Below, one piece after another: positions 48,390 through 61,059 of a stretch of DNA of 64,000 nucleotides (its first letter is position 1; the number at the start of each line of letters is the position of its first letter). The DNA is from Carcharhinus amblyrhynchos. Lineage: Eukaryota. The notes beneath the pieces are model-generated. The model worked only from the letters and a program-made list of their open reading frames with translations, ran no database searches and was not told where the DNA came from. The translations under genes were made by a program, and so were the position numbers. The stretch lies in NCBI GenBank assembly GCA_965287045.1, contig OZ336886.1, forward strand, positions 2,976,001 through 3,040,000, in the 5' to 3' direction.

Positions 48390-48556
48390 CATAGAACCCT
48401 ACAGTGCAGAAAGAGACCCTTCGGCCCATCAAGTCTGTACCGAACACAATCCCACCCAGGCCCTACCCCCATATCCCTACATATTATACCCACTAATCCC
48501 TCTAAGCTACGCATCCCTAGACACTAAGGGGCAATTTCTTTAGCATGGCCAATCAA
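48390..48556 (-). mobile_element. HE1-type SINE, 3' part
   Basis: Matches 19518-19680. Confidence 0.82.
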
Positions 48557-49089
48557 TTGTGAAACATCAAGATGTCCTTACTTTTTACAGATGCTGACAG
48601 ACCTCATATGTGCTTGTAACAACTTCCATTTCATTTAAAACAAATTGTTGTTTCGTTTCACAAGATGTCACTGCTAACCGTACAGGAACAGGAAACATGC
48701 CATTTACTCAGTAAATTAGCTCAGTAGTCAGAAAGAAACATTGCGAACTTGTTAATCACAAACCTGGGAGAAAATATCCTCTACACCTGCCATAATATCA
48801 TTATACCACTGAGAAATTGGCTCTTTAAGACAAAACTTTCTGCTTCATTGCCATGGGTGAGGCTGTGAGCTAAATGTTGGTACCAGCAAGTTAGATAACA
48901 AGCCCATGGCAGGTTTCAAAATCCAGTAATAGAAAATAATTTTAAATTCAGAAAGGATTACAATTAATTGAAGTCAGCAATTGTTAAATTACCAAAATTC
49001 AAACAGTCAATAATTCTCAAGCCAGTATTTATAACAAATATAATGTAAAATTTAAAAAATGAATGGAATGTTTCTGGACTTAGTCGCTG

Positions 49090-50180
49090 CCAGAACAATG
49101 GGATCATTTCCAAATCCAATATTCGACTTACTAATGGGCGGGATGAACTATGGCTCCACCATGACATCCATGTGTACCCTCCAAGTTGCCCAAGCAATTA
49201 GGGAGAATGAGGGTGGGGGTGAGATTGGAATGGAGTGTCCATTCTGTCAAAGGAAAGAGCTCTAACTGAAGGAAACATGGTATGGCTTCCAAGGGATCAC
49301 CAGGACTCGGAATTTTGAGGCTGCAGAGACTACAGAAATGACAAGGAGACCAGGGAAAGCTACTCACTGGCTCCCTCTTCCTTATCTGGAGGTCCTGTTT
49401 TGTGATCTGAGGGATGGCAGTGAGATGAGGTTTCTCAAGGAGGGGAGAAATAAGACAAGCTCTCAAATCAAGTAGGTGTTGGTGGAAACGCCCAAGGAAG
49501 TGAGCAGCAGGAGCTTCCAATCTGGGTGTGATGTACCCAGACAATACAGAACGTCAGGAAGGCAAGAAAGGGGATAACAATTCCAGGTGCCTAGCCCTAT
49601 CTTTTCAAACCTTAATCCAGTGGACAGCACGCCTCATGACTGGTCACCTTGCAGCTTCACTCCTTTACCTCGCAGGTACCTCACATCCCCATCTAAGCCA
49701 CCCCATCTAACACCTACCCTCGTGCTATGCCCTCTCACAGCCATGTCTCATCATCACCCTCCATAAATGTTGTCCTTTCCTCTTCCCCACACAAACAGAC
49801 AAACAGAACAGCTCTCTGTTTTCCCTCCTTACAGAAGAGAGTGCAAAGCTGGCGGCAGCAGATACCCAGTGAGCAGCATGGGTGTGGTTGGCTAGGGATG
49901 GCCCTACAGTCACAAGCATCTTATCAACCATTGGCAGTGCGTGCCCATCTGCTCCTCTGTGAAGGAAGTCTTGTTTCAGAAAGCTACATATGTCAGCAGC
50001 AATCTGCCATGGGAGCCTGAGCTTCTCGAGGGCTAGAATCCTGCCTTTCACAATCCTGGAAGAAGGTGGGATGAGGTAAGGATCCTAACCTGACCTCAGT
50101 TTCGGGGAACTGACTCTCCACATGCACTCAAACCAGCGTCACACCCACCCCTCAACTGGGAACATTTCCCCCCAGATTTT
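49090..50180 (-). mobile_element. PIF/Harbinger transposase remnant
   Basis: LRLPWQIAADICSFLKQDFLHRGADGHALPMVDKMLV resembles the N-terminal helical region of HARBI1-like transposases. Confidence 0.5.
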
Positions 50181-50438
50181 AAAAAGAATTCGACGTGTAT
50201 TTCAGAATGAGAACATTGAAAATGAAACATTGTCATAGGTACACAGCTTCAGTTGAAGAACCAGCACTGGCACCCCAGAAGGGAAAAGCAGTTTGGATCA
50301 GTATACTATTGTCCCCCTTTTACTGTTTTTTTCTCCTCAGGGACAGATGTGAAGACCCAAATGGACTTATTCCATGCCTTCATCTCTATGACTCTAGATA
50401 AATACTGAAAAGAATTCAGAACTTTGAATCATTAATAC

Positions 50439-50556
50439 CTGATGTACTGGTCGCACTGGAGATGAGTCAACTGTGGAGTGAAACTCTGAATGAGCAGTTG
50501 TAGGATTGGAGGGAGGGGATGGAGCAGCAACATCAATGTGAATCTTATCCTGAACC
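50439..50556 (-). CDS. MYPN: Myopalladin internal exon, Pro/Ser-rich linker (118 nt, phase 2 to 0)
   Basis: Acceptor ttttatatttag and donor gtatta. Open frame (Q)VQDKIHIDVAAPSPPSNPTTAHSEFHSTVDSSPVRPVHQ; the only candidate I found that bridges phase 2 to phase 0 between the flanking exons. Confidence 0.8.
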
Positions 50557-50719
50557 CTAAATATAAAACACAATATCGGTTAGACCCAATACCTGATCAC
50601 CTTTTGGCCTTCAAATATTTTCAATCTGAACATTAAAAATTATTCACTTCAAAATAAAATACAGAAGGGTTTCACCCACCACATATAAACAACTGGGATT
50701 GTATAGTTCAATCTATTGG

Positions 50720-51605
50720 ACGCTGGTTCAGCTGTTTGGCACTCAAGTACTTCTGTGTTGTAGTTTCACCAGTGACACCTCATTTTTAGGTAAGCCTGGT
50801 GCTGCCCCTGCCATACCCTCCTACACTCTTCACTGAACCAAAGTTGATCCCTTGGCTTGGTGGTAAATGTAGAATGGGGGATATGTTGGGCCATGAGGTG
50901 ACAGATTGTGATTGAATACAATTCTGCTGCTGCCAATGGCTCACAATGCCTCATGGATGCCCAGTCTTGAGTTGCTAGGTCTGTTTGATGTCTATCCTAT
51001 TTAGCACAGTGCAATGCCACATGACATGATGGAGGGTATCTTCAACAAAAGACGGGGTTTCGACTCCACAGGACTGTGTGGTGGTCACTGCTGCCAATAC
51101 TGTGGACAGATACATCCATGACAGGCAGGTTGGTAAAGATGTCAAGTATGTTTGTCCCTCTTATTGGTTCCCTCCTCTCCTTCTTTAGGCCCTGAGTAGC
51201 AGCTATGTCCCTCAGAACTCAGTCTACTTGGTCAGTGATGGTACTACCGCGTCTGTCTTGTTGATGAACATTGAAGCCCTCCACTCAGAGTACAGTCAAC
51301 GGCCTTGTCACCCTCAGTCTTTTTTTAACTGATAGAATATTGATTTACCAGCTGATGGATGGGGGGGCGGGTGGTGTGTGTGACAACAGGGAAAGTGGCA
51401 ATCAGCAGGAATTTCCTTGACTTTGATCCGATGCCAGGAGATTTCAGGGGATCCAGAGATTGTGCTTGAATACAATTCTGCTGCTGCCAAAGACTCTCAA
51501 TGCCTCATGGATGCCCAGTCTTGCTAGGTCTGTTTGAAGTCTATCCCATTTAGCACAGTGATAGTGCAACATGATGGAGGGTATCCTCAACATAAGACAG
51601 GGCTT
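50720..51605 (-). mobile_element. L2/CR1-group LINE internal fragment containing a duplicated segment
   Basis: HIPHSTFTTKPRDQLWFSEECRR; homologous to 47400-47660. Confidence 0.6.
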
Positions 51606-52038
51606 CCTGGTTCAGTGAAGAGTGTAGGGGATTCCACATGTGGTTTATGCTTGCTTGGTTAACAAACAGCAGTGGTAGAAACTACACCAATAAGATCAAC
51701 ATCAACTACTCTCAAGGAAGGTATAACAGGATACATATGGAATTCACACAGATTACAGCATAAAAACATCTTTACCGGAATTTTACCAACTTGCCCACCC
51801 AAGCTTGTCAGATCCCACCCTAGGCCAATGGAGAATGCCATTCTGTAAGCCTCACTCGCTCCGGAATCGAGGCCAGCATGCTGGTAAAATTCTGGACCTT
51901 TACTCTGACCTAACATTTTACATGTAGCCCACTGCAGAGACCATTTTGAGGTCCAACATTGTAAGTACTTCGAGTCTTCTGATGATCAACAAATTGTATC
52001 AGGTACTGCAGAGTGTGACTGGTCTTCATTGTACTTAC

Positions 52039-52090
52039 TGAGTCATGTCTTCGTTCACAGAGTCTTGCTCAGATTCAGAGGAAGAGAGTC
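52039..52090 (-). CDS. MYPN: Myopalladin internal exon (52 nt, phase 1 to 2)
   Basis: Acceptor ttgcacag and donor gtaagt. Encodes (G)LSSSESEQDSVNEDMT(Q), resembling the acidic SSSDSE segment after Ig1; phase fits both neighbours. Confidence 0.88.
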
Positions 52091-52614
52091 CTGTGCAACA
52101 TATAACGGAGAAAGATTAACACGTCTGGTTTTAATAAACTGCCACACATTTTCTAAATGCAGGTTTACTTATTCCATAGAAACAACATTATTTAAAATGA
52201 AAGAAATAAGAGCTGTTAGCTGCTGAGAGATGTAAGCAGCAGAAAGTCATTAGCATCTCTAGGCTAACATGAATTGGTTGAGGGGAGTGACCTTCATGTC
52301 TATAACGTAGGCCTGAGGCCTGATCAATAGTGATCCTCTGTGTCCTTATTTTATAAAGTCCCTAAGCAATACCATTCACTATGTGCCCCAGAAGCTTTTC
52401 CTGCAAAGTGGTGATGGATGGCAGGCAGCTCCCACAGTTGGGTACTGGAGAATGAAGGAAAAAGAGAGGAGGATGATGCTTGGACTAGGATTGACCTTCG
52501 GGTAGACAGGGAGAAATGCCCCTACATTCAGGCATGATATTCAATTTCTCCCAACTTCCTTTACTTTCAAGAACAAATTCAATGTAGCTACAGTACAAAA
52601 GGTAGACTCGTATC

Positions 52615-53400
52615 TTAATTCATTCAAGTGTTGTGGGTTGCTGGTTAGGCCAGCGTTTATTGGCCATCCCTAACCGCCCTTGAGAAGGTGGCAGTGAGCT
52701 GCCTTCTTGAGCCCCTGGAGTCCTGGTGTTGTCAGACGTTTTACTGTGTAGGTACACTCACAGTGCTGTTAGGGTGGAATTTCCAGGATTTTAACCCAGC
52801 GACAGTAAAGGAACACCGATATTTTTCCCAGTCAGCCTTGGAGGGGAGCCTCCAGGTGGTTATATTCCCAAGTTGTGTCCTTTCAGAAAGATGAATAAGT
52901 TGGATAAAAGCAAGAATACATTTAAGATAAAAAGAAAAATGCTGGGAATGCACAACAGGTCAGTTAACATCCGTACATTGAACAAGGCTTTAGGTGTGGA
53001 ACTCAGAACTTATCCATTAAAACTACCAAAAAAAATTCCTCATTGTAAGTTTGGAATGTGCCGTCGAAGAGCTTTGATGAATTCCTGCGGTGCATCAATG
53101 GGGGAAGGGTTGAATGTTTGTGAATGAGGTACCCAATCAAGTGGGCCGCTTTGGCCTGGATGGTGTCAAGCTTCAGGTGTTGTTGGAGTGACTCACATCC
53201 AGGCAAGTGGAGAGTATTCCATTACACTCTGACTTGTGCCTTGTAGATGGTGGACAGTCTTTGGGTAGTCAGAATGTGAATTACTCGTGCAGGATTCCTA
53301 GCTTTTGACTTACTCTGGTAGCCACAGTAATTATATGGCTAGTCCAGTTCAATGTTTGGTCAATGGTCACCCTCAAATGTTAATAGTGGGTTTTATTTGT
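52615..53400 (-). mobile_element. L2/CR1-group LINE 3' fragment
   Basis: KLDTIQAKAAHLIG and a 3' UTR shared with 30050-30510. Confidence 0.6.
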
Positions 53401-54579
53401 GTCGAGGGAAGATGTGACAATCCCAATTCTCAGACCTTTATTCACTGACAAGAATGAAGCATCTCTGAACTTACCCACTAATACTATCTAAAAATGATCA
53501 CATCTAAAACCTTGTTCAATATACAGACGTTAACTGACACTGTGCATTCCTAGCATTTTTCATTTTACCTTGAATGTATTCTTGCTTATTGTCCAACATG
53601 TTAATCTTTCTGACATTCCTTTTTTTAACTCCTGCAATAAATTGTATTTATTTATGTCCAAGCTGTTTTTCCAAATGTTTCCAAAAGCAGTCAAACTGTT
53701 AACCCCAAAGACCGCCAGGCTTGTAGAAATCTTGTTCTGCCAGTTTTGGTCTTTGCTGCATTTATTTATATGGGATGTAGATTTTGTTTCAGAGGCCTAT
53801 CAATTCAGCAAATTTGTCTGGATTTCAAATTGAGCCGATTAAAGAAGTTGAGGTCTTAAGTAAACAAACTAACTCAGCACGACTTAGAGGCCTTAACAAT
53901 GAAGGTGCAAACGGTTTGGTAACATTACATGACCTGTCCCTTGGAAAATCTCACCAAAATGCAACGGTTCTGACAATTTAATCTTCCATTTCACTTGACT
54001 GGCCAATTGGTAAGAGTTGAGTCAATCATTAAATGACTATATTATCAAAATGACAAGGGACATTGGGGTAAATTTTCCAATCTGGGCAGGAGGTGTAGAG
54101 AAAGGAACAGAATGAACTTCATGTCCATCAAGGTTCGAGGTATGCAAATTCAGACTTTTGTATCCTGACTCATCATTAAGCTCACAATGTCTGCAGTGTA
54201 CATATTTTGTTATGATGAATACATATCCACAAGGTTCTGCATTTTGCGGGCTTTAGCTCCTCTTCAAAGTCTGAGTTCAGAATCTAGATGGAGATATTGA
54301 GGGAGTGCTGCAGTGTTCTCTGGATGAGGTATTAAAGCAAATTCTTGAATGTGAATTCTGTGCTTCAAACGGTCTTAAAGACACTAAGGCATGAATTGCA
54401 TACAACTTAACCAACACTACTTACATAGATTAACTGGTCATGCATCTCAACTTTTTTAAATTTACTCCAGCCATATCACATCAGAGAGACTCAGTCAAAA
54501 CTGACTAGATTTAGGACAGATGACATCATCCGTTTTAAGCCTACTGGTTGCATAGCAACTCATGGTAGAGAGAAGAGAT

Positions 54580-54846
54580 CATAGAAGAATTATAGAATCA
54601 TAGAATCCCTACAGTGCAGAGGGAGGCCATTCAGCCCATCAAGCTTGCACCAGTGACAATGCCACCCAGGCCCTATCCCCATAACCCTTGCAAATCTCCC
54701 TGACGCTAAGGGTCAATTTCTAATCTGCCTCACCTGCACATCTTGGGACAGTGGGAGGAAATCAGAGCAGCCAGAGGAAATCCGCATAGACATGGGGAGA
54801 ATGTGCAAACTCCACACAGACTGTCACCCAGGGCTGAAATCAAACC
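54580..54846 (-). mobile_element. HE1-type SINE
   Basis: Tail and core present. Confidence 0.8.
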
Positions 54847-55464
54847 TGGCAGGTCCTTTCCACACTAAGTCTCATTTCAGCAGTCTGTATCATCACCACT
54901 TCAAGAAGGCCTCGCCTGGAGATACACATTCTGAATTGGTTTGGCAGAGAAAGTACAGGGAGAGTCACTTCTCCTTGGTGGAGGTGGGGCAGTACTGGTG
55001 GCTGCTGCTGGTGTTATGTGGAGATCCAGAGTCTGCGGAATCCTGATTCTGGGCAGACAGGACTGCTTGAAGCAGTGTAATCAACATGTTGAGTGGTGTC
55101 ATGCAGCAGCACTTGTCTGTGCTGCAGGTTTTCATTCAGCAATGTGAACCATCAGTGGTATATACACGTTAGAGCTTGTGTGAACGCATTTCCTGTGACG
55201 ATGCCAAGATCCAAAATCCAAGATTTGCCACTCTTTCCATGGACCCATGTAGTCATGCGATGTCCAGCATTAACCGGAACTGTGCTGTGTGGCTGAAGCA
55301 GGACCCAGCCTTCGCAAAGAGTATATGGAGAGGACATGGGGTTAGGCTGCCATTTCTCAAATCACTGCCAACTCTTGCCTGCAAATTCCCCTGATTAAGT
55401 GAGAAAAGAAGCCAATAAGCCAGAACAGGGCACGTTGCTTTTTATACAGGAACAGGACTAATTT

Positions 55465-55920
55465 AAAAGAAAAATACAGCAAATGATGGAAATCTGAAAT
55501 AACATAAATTCTGGAAAATCTCAGCAGGTCTGGCAGCCACTGTGGAGACAGAAAAACAGTATCAATGTTTTGTGTTCATAAGAAGAAGAGTCACATGGAC
55601 TTGAAACGTAGACTGAAATTTTTCTGCCTTGTCTTACTGGTGGGATCTATTAGCCCCACTAATGGTGCCACCACAACCGCCACCCTCCTCCCCCACCCCT
55701 CCCACGCCCATCCCACGTTTCCTGACTTCAGAGCATGGGGCATGCAAAACCCCATTGATATCGGTGGGACTGGACAATCCTGCCACTGGCCAATGATGTG
55801 CTGCTTCTGCTACCAGGAACGAAATGGTGGGGTGTCTGGAAAATGTCATCCGTTAACTCTGTTTCTCTCTAACAGAAACCGCCAGACCTGCTGGGTTTAT
55901 CCAGCATTTTCTGTTATTAT
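55465..55920. mobile_element. Foldback Penelope-like terminus, family 2, interrupted by a MITE-like insert (about 55610-55851)
   Basis: Inverted arms ctggaaaatctcagcaggtctggc and gccagacctgctgggtttatccag; hammerhead-like GAAGA-A-GAGUC-ACAUG-GACUU-GAAA-CGU at 55582-55609. Confidence 0.6.
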
Positions 55921-56070
55921 TTTGGTGCTATTTTGATTGGCCACACATTCACTTTCAAAATTAATGATTTCCACACAGTTGGAAAACCATGGTCTAAAAG
56001 GATTCTAACTCAAGTTAAAGATAGATATCAAGGAAACATGATTGACTCAATCAGAATATACATTCTGTAC

Positions 56071-56362
56071 CATAAGAACATAAGAACATAAGAAATAGGA
56101 GCAGCAGTAGGCCATCTAGCCCTTCGAGCCTGCCCTGCCATTCAATAAGATCATGGCTGATCTGTCGTGGCTCAGTTCCACTTTCCCGCCCTCTCCCCAT
56201 AACCCTTAATCCCCTCTCTTATCAAAAACCCATCAACCCGCTTCTTAAAAATATTTAGCGAGGCAGCCTCCACCACTTCAACGGGCAGAGAATTCCAGAG
56301 ATTCACCACCCTTTGAGTGAAGAAGTTCCTCCTCAACTCCGTTCTAAACCGCCTCCCCTTTA
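56071..56362 (-). mobile_element. Young CR1 3' end (same family as 25568-26722)
   Basis: (CATAAGAA)n tail; ELRRNFFTQRVVNLWNSLP. Confidence 0.9.
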
Positions 56363-57399
56363 TCTTTATCTTTATCTTTACCAGGGACAGGTCCTCCTGT
56401 ACGAGGTACCTCAGCATTATCCTATGCCTCCTCCTCCTGTTCCAGAGTGGCTCTTCCTGCAAAATTATGTGTATGCCTCCTTAGGTGATTATTACACCAC
56501 TATCATTCTGAAAGTTGTCTCTGGGAATATTGTGTAATACAGCTTTAGCTCTGGACTTTTGTTTCTATCAAAAGAAAATCACCAATGGGAAAAGTTGTCA
56601 TCCTGTAAGACTGTTAAGGGCTGGTGGCCAGGTCAAGGACTCCTCAAGCAAAGGAAGGTGGTGAGACAGTGAGAAGCCCCTCATGGACGTGCCATTCAAT
56701 CAGACGGACTCACTAAAGAGTGCGGAGCTGAAAGGGGACTCAATCATGACACAAATACTTGCCATTGGGTGAGACGAGTTAGTGAGCTTGTGATCTGTGA
56801 ATATTCAGGCAATAGAGATTGTGACACTCCAGTGATCATGGGGCCAATAAGAAGGTGTGGGGGGGGGTACAGTCACTGTAAACAAGCTCACAGTTAGACA
56901 CGGGTTTGAGCAAACATTGCCTGGCTGGGGAACATCTCAATTTGTGTTCTCATCGAGGAAGACGACAGACTTTGCAGTGCTGCTTCTCAAGCCCTGTCAG
57001 TAACCATTAAAGTCACGGTGATGGTTTTGAATTGCTTTGGTTCTGGCTCGTTTCACCTGAGTGATATTCAACCAGCAGGACTGCATGCTGCAGCACTCTG
57101 TCTGTGAGAACATGTCCATTAAACATATAACTCTGAATAGTTCCATTCTTCACGATAATGCGTGCTAAACATCACTCCTGTGTTCTCAGTGATCCTGTTC
57201 CTGACCATGGCTTCCCTTTATCATTGCCCAATTTTGGCTGGGATATTCCCATTTCTCAATTTTGACTGGGATATCCCTCATTTCCCAGTTTTAGCTGGGA
57301 TAACCCTTTCTCATGGTGGATCTTAGCGGAATTCCGGTGGTGGTGGGAGGAGCTGGGGCTCTGGGACTGTCACAGATAAAGAATGAAAGCTCACATGCT

Positions 57400-58900
57400 G
57401 GGATCATGGCTGAACATCTCCAGTGAATTAATATATAAAAGTTTATACAGTCACAAAGTGAGCCACTCAATGTAATAACTGACATGGTGACCTTTATTGT
57501 TAACCAGCAGGGCTCCCCTTGATGGGCAGGGAGCCTGGTCACGTGTGTCTGCTTGCTCTTCAGATGCCCGCGGCAGTTGTCTTCACCGTGGAGATGCCAA
57601 TGGCAGTGCGGGCACCTCTGGAGGCTGCTGTAGCACTGGTGTTAATGCAGGGGAAGCCTCTGTCTCAGAGTCCAACTACATTGTCCCTCAGTCAGGCAGA
57701 CAAGGAGGCTGATGAAAAGGGTGATGGTGCCCCGTGTGGAGTGGCACCTTCATCCTCCTCAGTGATTGCCTCTGTCCTTTGGCATTCTGGACAGCTGGAG
57801 GCAACCAATAGCTGGGGCCAACTAGAACTCACCCGATTCAACTTTGTACCACCAGAGTCACTGAGCAGTCAGTGCTCCAGAGTGTTGGATGCGCACTGTG
57901 CAGTCATTCTGAGTGCTGTAGTTTATGCTTCTCCATAAGCATAAGCCCTCACTCAGTGGAGAAACTCATGTATTCAGAACTCTGAGCCATGCTGGTACAG
58001 ATGAGCTGAACGGAGACCTGTAGTCTCAGTCCGTGACTCTGCCCCATCTCAGGAAACGCAGTAAGAAGTCTCACAACATCAGGTTCAAGTAAAACAGGTT
58101 TATTTGCTAGTAAACACCACCAACTTTCAGAGTGCCGTTCCTTCCTCAGGTGAGAGGAATATCACCTGACGAAGGAACAGTGTGCTCCTCACCTGGTGCC
58201 TGAGTACCCACCAGTAAGAGTGTATCTGCACTGGCGGAGAGTGCCTTTGAATGATATGATGTTACTGGATCTGTGGCTTTCCTTTCTCCAAGGGGATGTT
58301 GCAGTAACAGTGGCCTGCCTGATTTCCACTCCACACAACGGTTCCTTTGAGAGAAAATCAGGAGAACTTGCCTGTGACAGCAGGTGTCTCTGCAGAGTTG
58401 AGGCTTCCCAATGCTGCTGTTGTTTTGACAGTTGTCGCACGGGGGAGAGTCCGCTCCATCCCTTCAGCTGGAGAATTCAATACCAATTCACACTCTCCAC
58501 CTGATTCTCCATTGCCCACTTCCTGATTCTATCCCACCCTCACAATATAAAATGCTGCCACCTGCAGGACAGTAAGGATGGGATGGTGAGCTGGGGCATC
58601 TCTCCTCCTGTACACACTCTCTCCCTTGCATTTTGCACCTTGTCTTCTGCAAGGATGAGGGAGAGACAGAAGGAGGGATGGCAATGCTGTGTCATCAATA
58701 CAAGCTCCTTTAAGGAAGTTGCTATATCCATCTGTGCTGCAACCCCATGATAGTGCTCAGGATTGGAGCCATGCTGACGGGCCAGTGATTACTCTGAGCA
58801 CACATCTCTCCCAGGTTCAGGAGCACCCTTGAATAGCTTTGAGGGCCTTATACCGGATGTCCAAATTCCTTTACCCCCAGTGCTGATCCCAACTGGATCA
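57400..58900 (-). mobile_element. PIF/Harbinger Myb/SANT-ORF remnant
   Basis: EDKVQNARERVCTGGEMPQLTIP fits the ..HN.RE...TGGG.P motif of Harbinger Myb/SANT proteins. Confidence 0.45.
58059..58188. mobile_element. Truncated foldback Penelope-like insertion, family 1
   Basis: Inverted arm with minus-strand CUGAGGA...GAAA at 58117-58153, then plus-strand CACCUGACGAAGGAAC at 58163-58178; no tail. Confidence 0.7.
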
Positions 58901-59067
58901 ATGGGAGTATCCTGACGAAACTCATACTTTACCGAAGGTATACAAATATCAACATGTTTGTTGTATATTTATGATTTTTTACCAGCAGCATTGAAGCAGA
59001 ACAAAGCCCTTTAAGATAATGCACGCATAACATCACCCATTTGCACAGATAACTGGGCAGAGTAACA

Positions 59068-59408
59068 GGCAGCACAGTGGTTAGCACTGCTGCCTCACAG
59101 TGCCAGGGATCCGGGTTTGATTCCCAGCTTGGGTCACTGACTGTGTGGAGTTTGCACATTCTTCCCATGTCTGTGTGGGTTTCCTCCGGGTGCTCCAATT
59201 TCCTCCCACAGTCCAAAGATGTGTTGGTTAGATCGATTGGCCATGATAAATTGCCCCTTAATGTTCAAAAATGTTAAGGTTAGGTGAATTGGCCATGGTA
59301 ATTGTGTGGGGTTTCAGGATAGGGTGGGCCTGAGTAAGATGCTCTTTCAGAGAGTCGGTGCAGATTCGATGGGCTGAATGGCCTCCTTCTGCACAGTGGA
59401 GTTTCTAT
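59068..59408 (+). mobile_element. HE1-type SINE
   Basis: Head, core and tail present. Confidence 0.88.
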
Positions 59409-59826
59409 GGAGAGGGTTAGCAGCCTGTACTGAACATATCTCCCTAGTAAAGTTCCTTAGTTTGTTGAACCTCTGTGGTCTCCTAGGATCAATCCTACAA
59501 ACACTACAAGGATGGAGGGCAAGAAGCCTCAATTCAGAGAAGACTTCCTTCTGTACCCTCTCCTGTCTCATCTTAACCAGGCTGGCCAGGATCTGAGTGT
59601 TTGTTTACACCACTGATTCCACCTGCCAGGAATTATGTTTGAATGATTTAGGAAGGAATTACTCCTTTTCCCACCAACAATATACCTTCCAAGAGAAACA
59701 TGTGTATAAATCTCTGTCAGACTGGAATACGACACACCATAGTTGCCAAATCTTAATGTATTACATCCAGCACCACGTTCATTGCCATAGCTGCCACAAC
59801 CTTCAGAATTTCTCTAATGCCTTTAC

Positions 59827-60002
59827 CTTCGATATAAAGTTCTGCAGATGTTGTGTCTGACCCATACGGGTTTGAAGCTAAGCAAGTGTAGCGTCCCGTA
59901 TCCTCCACAAAAGCCTCGGAAATGGTCAATGAGTAATGATTACCATCAGAGCCAATCTGAATATCGGGTGAATTCTTGAGCTCCTTTCCCTCACAGTACC
60001 AC
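59827..60002 (-). CDS. MYPN: Myopalladin internal exon, C-terminal part of Ig1 (176 nt, phase 2 to 1)
   Basis: Acceptor tttacag and donor gtaaag. Encodes (R)WYCEGKELKNSPDIQIGSDGNHYSLTISEAFVEDTGRYTCLASNPYGSDTTSAELYIE(G), an I-set Ig domain of the palladin/myopalladin family. Confidence 0.93.
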
Positions 60003-60574
60003 CTGTAAAGAAATATTAAATTCCATTTTGAGAAACAGCTCCAAGACAAGACCTAACTCTTATACTCAATACTAATCAAATTGTTAAACACTCAAAACGA
60101 CACCTTAGGCAAAGTACATTCAACCAAAATAGAAATTCTAACTGTTGCTGCCTTTGGGATAGAATTTGGGTTTATGATTAAGGTTATGATGTGCTCTGTG
60201 ACATTAAAGACAGGGTATGTCTACCCTGATATGTCTGACACTAATCCAAACTTGTTAGGTATTTTGCAAAGTGTCATTGCATGCATCTGAATCATGTTTT
60301 AGTTCAAGAGTTGTGCTCAGCGTAGGTATATGAAAGGACGGATAAGGTGATATTACTTGGCCAAATTTCAATGCAGGATCAGCAAACAATGTTGACACAT
60401 TCAGCAAGATACAGTATTCTGGAGACAAGATGGAGCATTTCAAGGACACTCGAAAAAAGCTCAGATTTTTGTGTAGCAACTTGAGAGTTTACTACAAATA
60501 CAGTGGAAGGTTAGATTTGTAAATGTTACATGTAACAAGGTACATGATACTCCTTTCTTGATAGGTTCATGTGA

Positions 60575-61030
60575 ATTACAGAGAAACCTTATTAATATTC
60601 TTCCTGTAATTAGATGACCAAAACTGCACACAATACTCTAAATTCAGCCTCACCAATGTCTTATACAACCTCGTAAAAAGTCTGACAACACCAGGTTTAA
60701 GTCCAACCAATTTATTTGATAGTACACTCACTAGCTTTGGACTTAAACCTGGTGTTGTCAAACTTCTTACTGTGTTTACCCCAGTCCAACGCCGGCATCT
60801 CCACATCATTATACAACCTCACCATAACATTCCAACTCTTACACTCAATACTTTGATTTATAAAGGCCAACATCCCAAAAGCACTCTATACGACCCTATC
60901 TATCTGTGACGCACTTTTAGGGAATAATGTATCTGTACTCCCAGATCCCTCTGTTCTACTACACTCTTCAGTGTCCTACCATTTACCTTGTATGTTCTAC
61001 CTTGGTTTGTCCTTCCAAAGTGCACTACTT
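60575..61030 (-). mobile_element. CR1 fragment interrupted by a PLE foldback
   Basis: Translates as LYKTLVRLNLEYCVQFWS. Confidence 0.8.
60673..60808 (+). mobile_element. Ultra-short foldback Penelope-like insertion, family 1
   Basis: Inverted arms plus tail; TSD TTATACAACCTC at 60661-60672 and 60809-60820. Confidence 0.87.
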
Positions 61031-61059
61031 TGGAAGGACAAACTGAATCATTTCAACAC

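Noticed and set aside
48160-48390. Alternative candidate for the phase 2 to 0 linker exon
   Set aside because: The frames tested from available AG acceptors hit stop codons, whereas 50439-50556 fits cleanly.
11035-60002. Assignment to palladin (PALLD)
   Set aside because: QSPTN.LQGLDG, EWYRE.TLIEDSPDF, TASNKYGT and KPKLEGVLVNH favour myopalladin.
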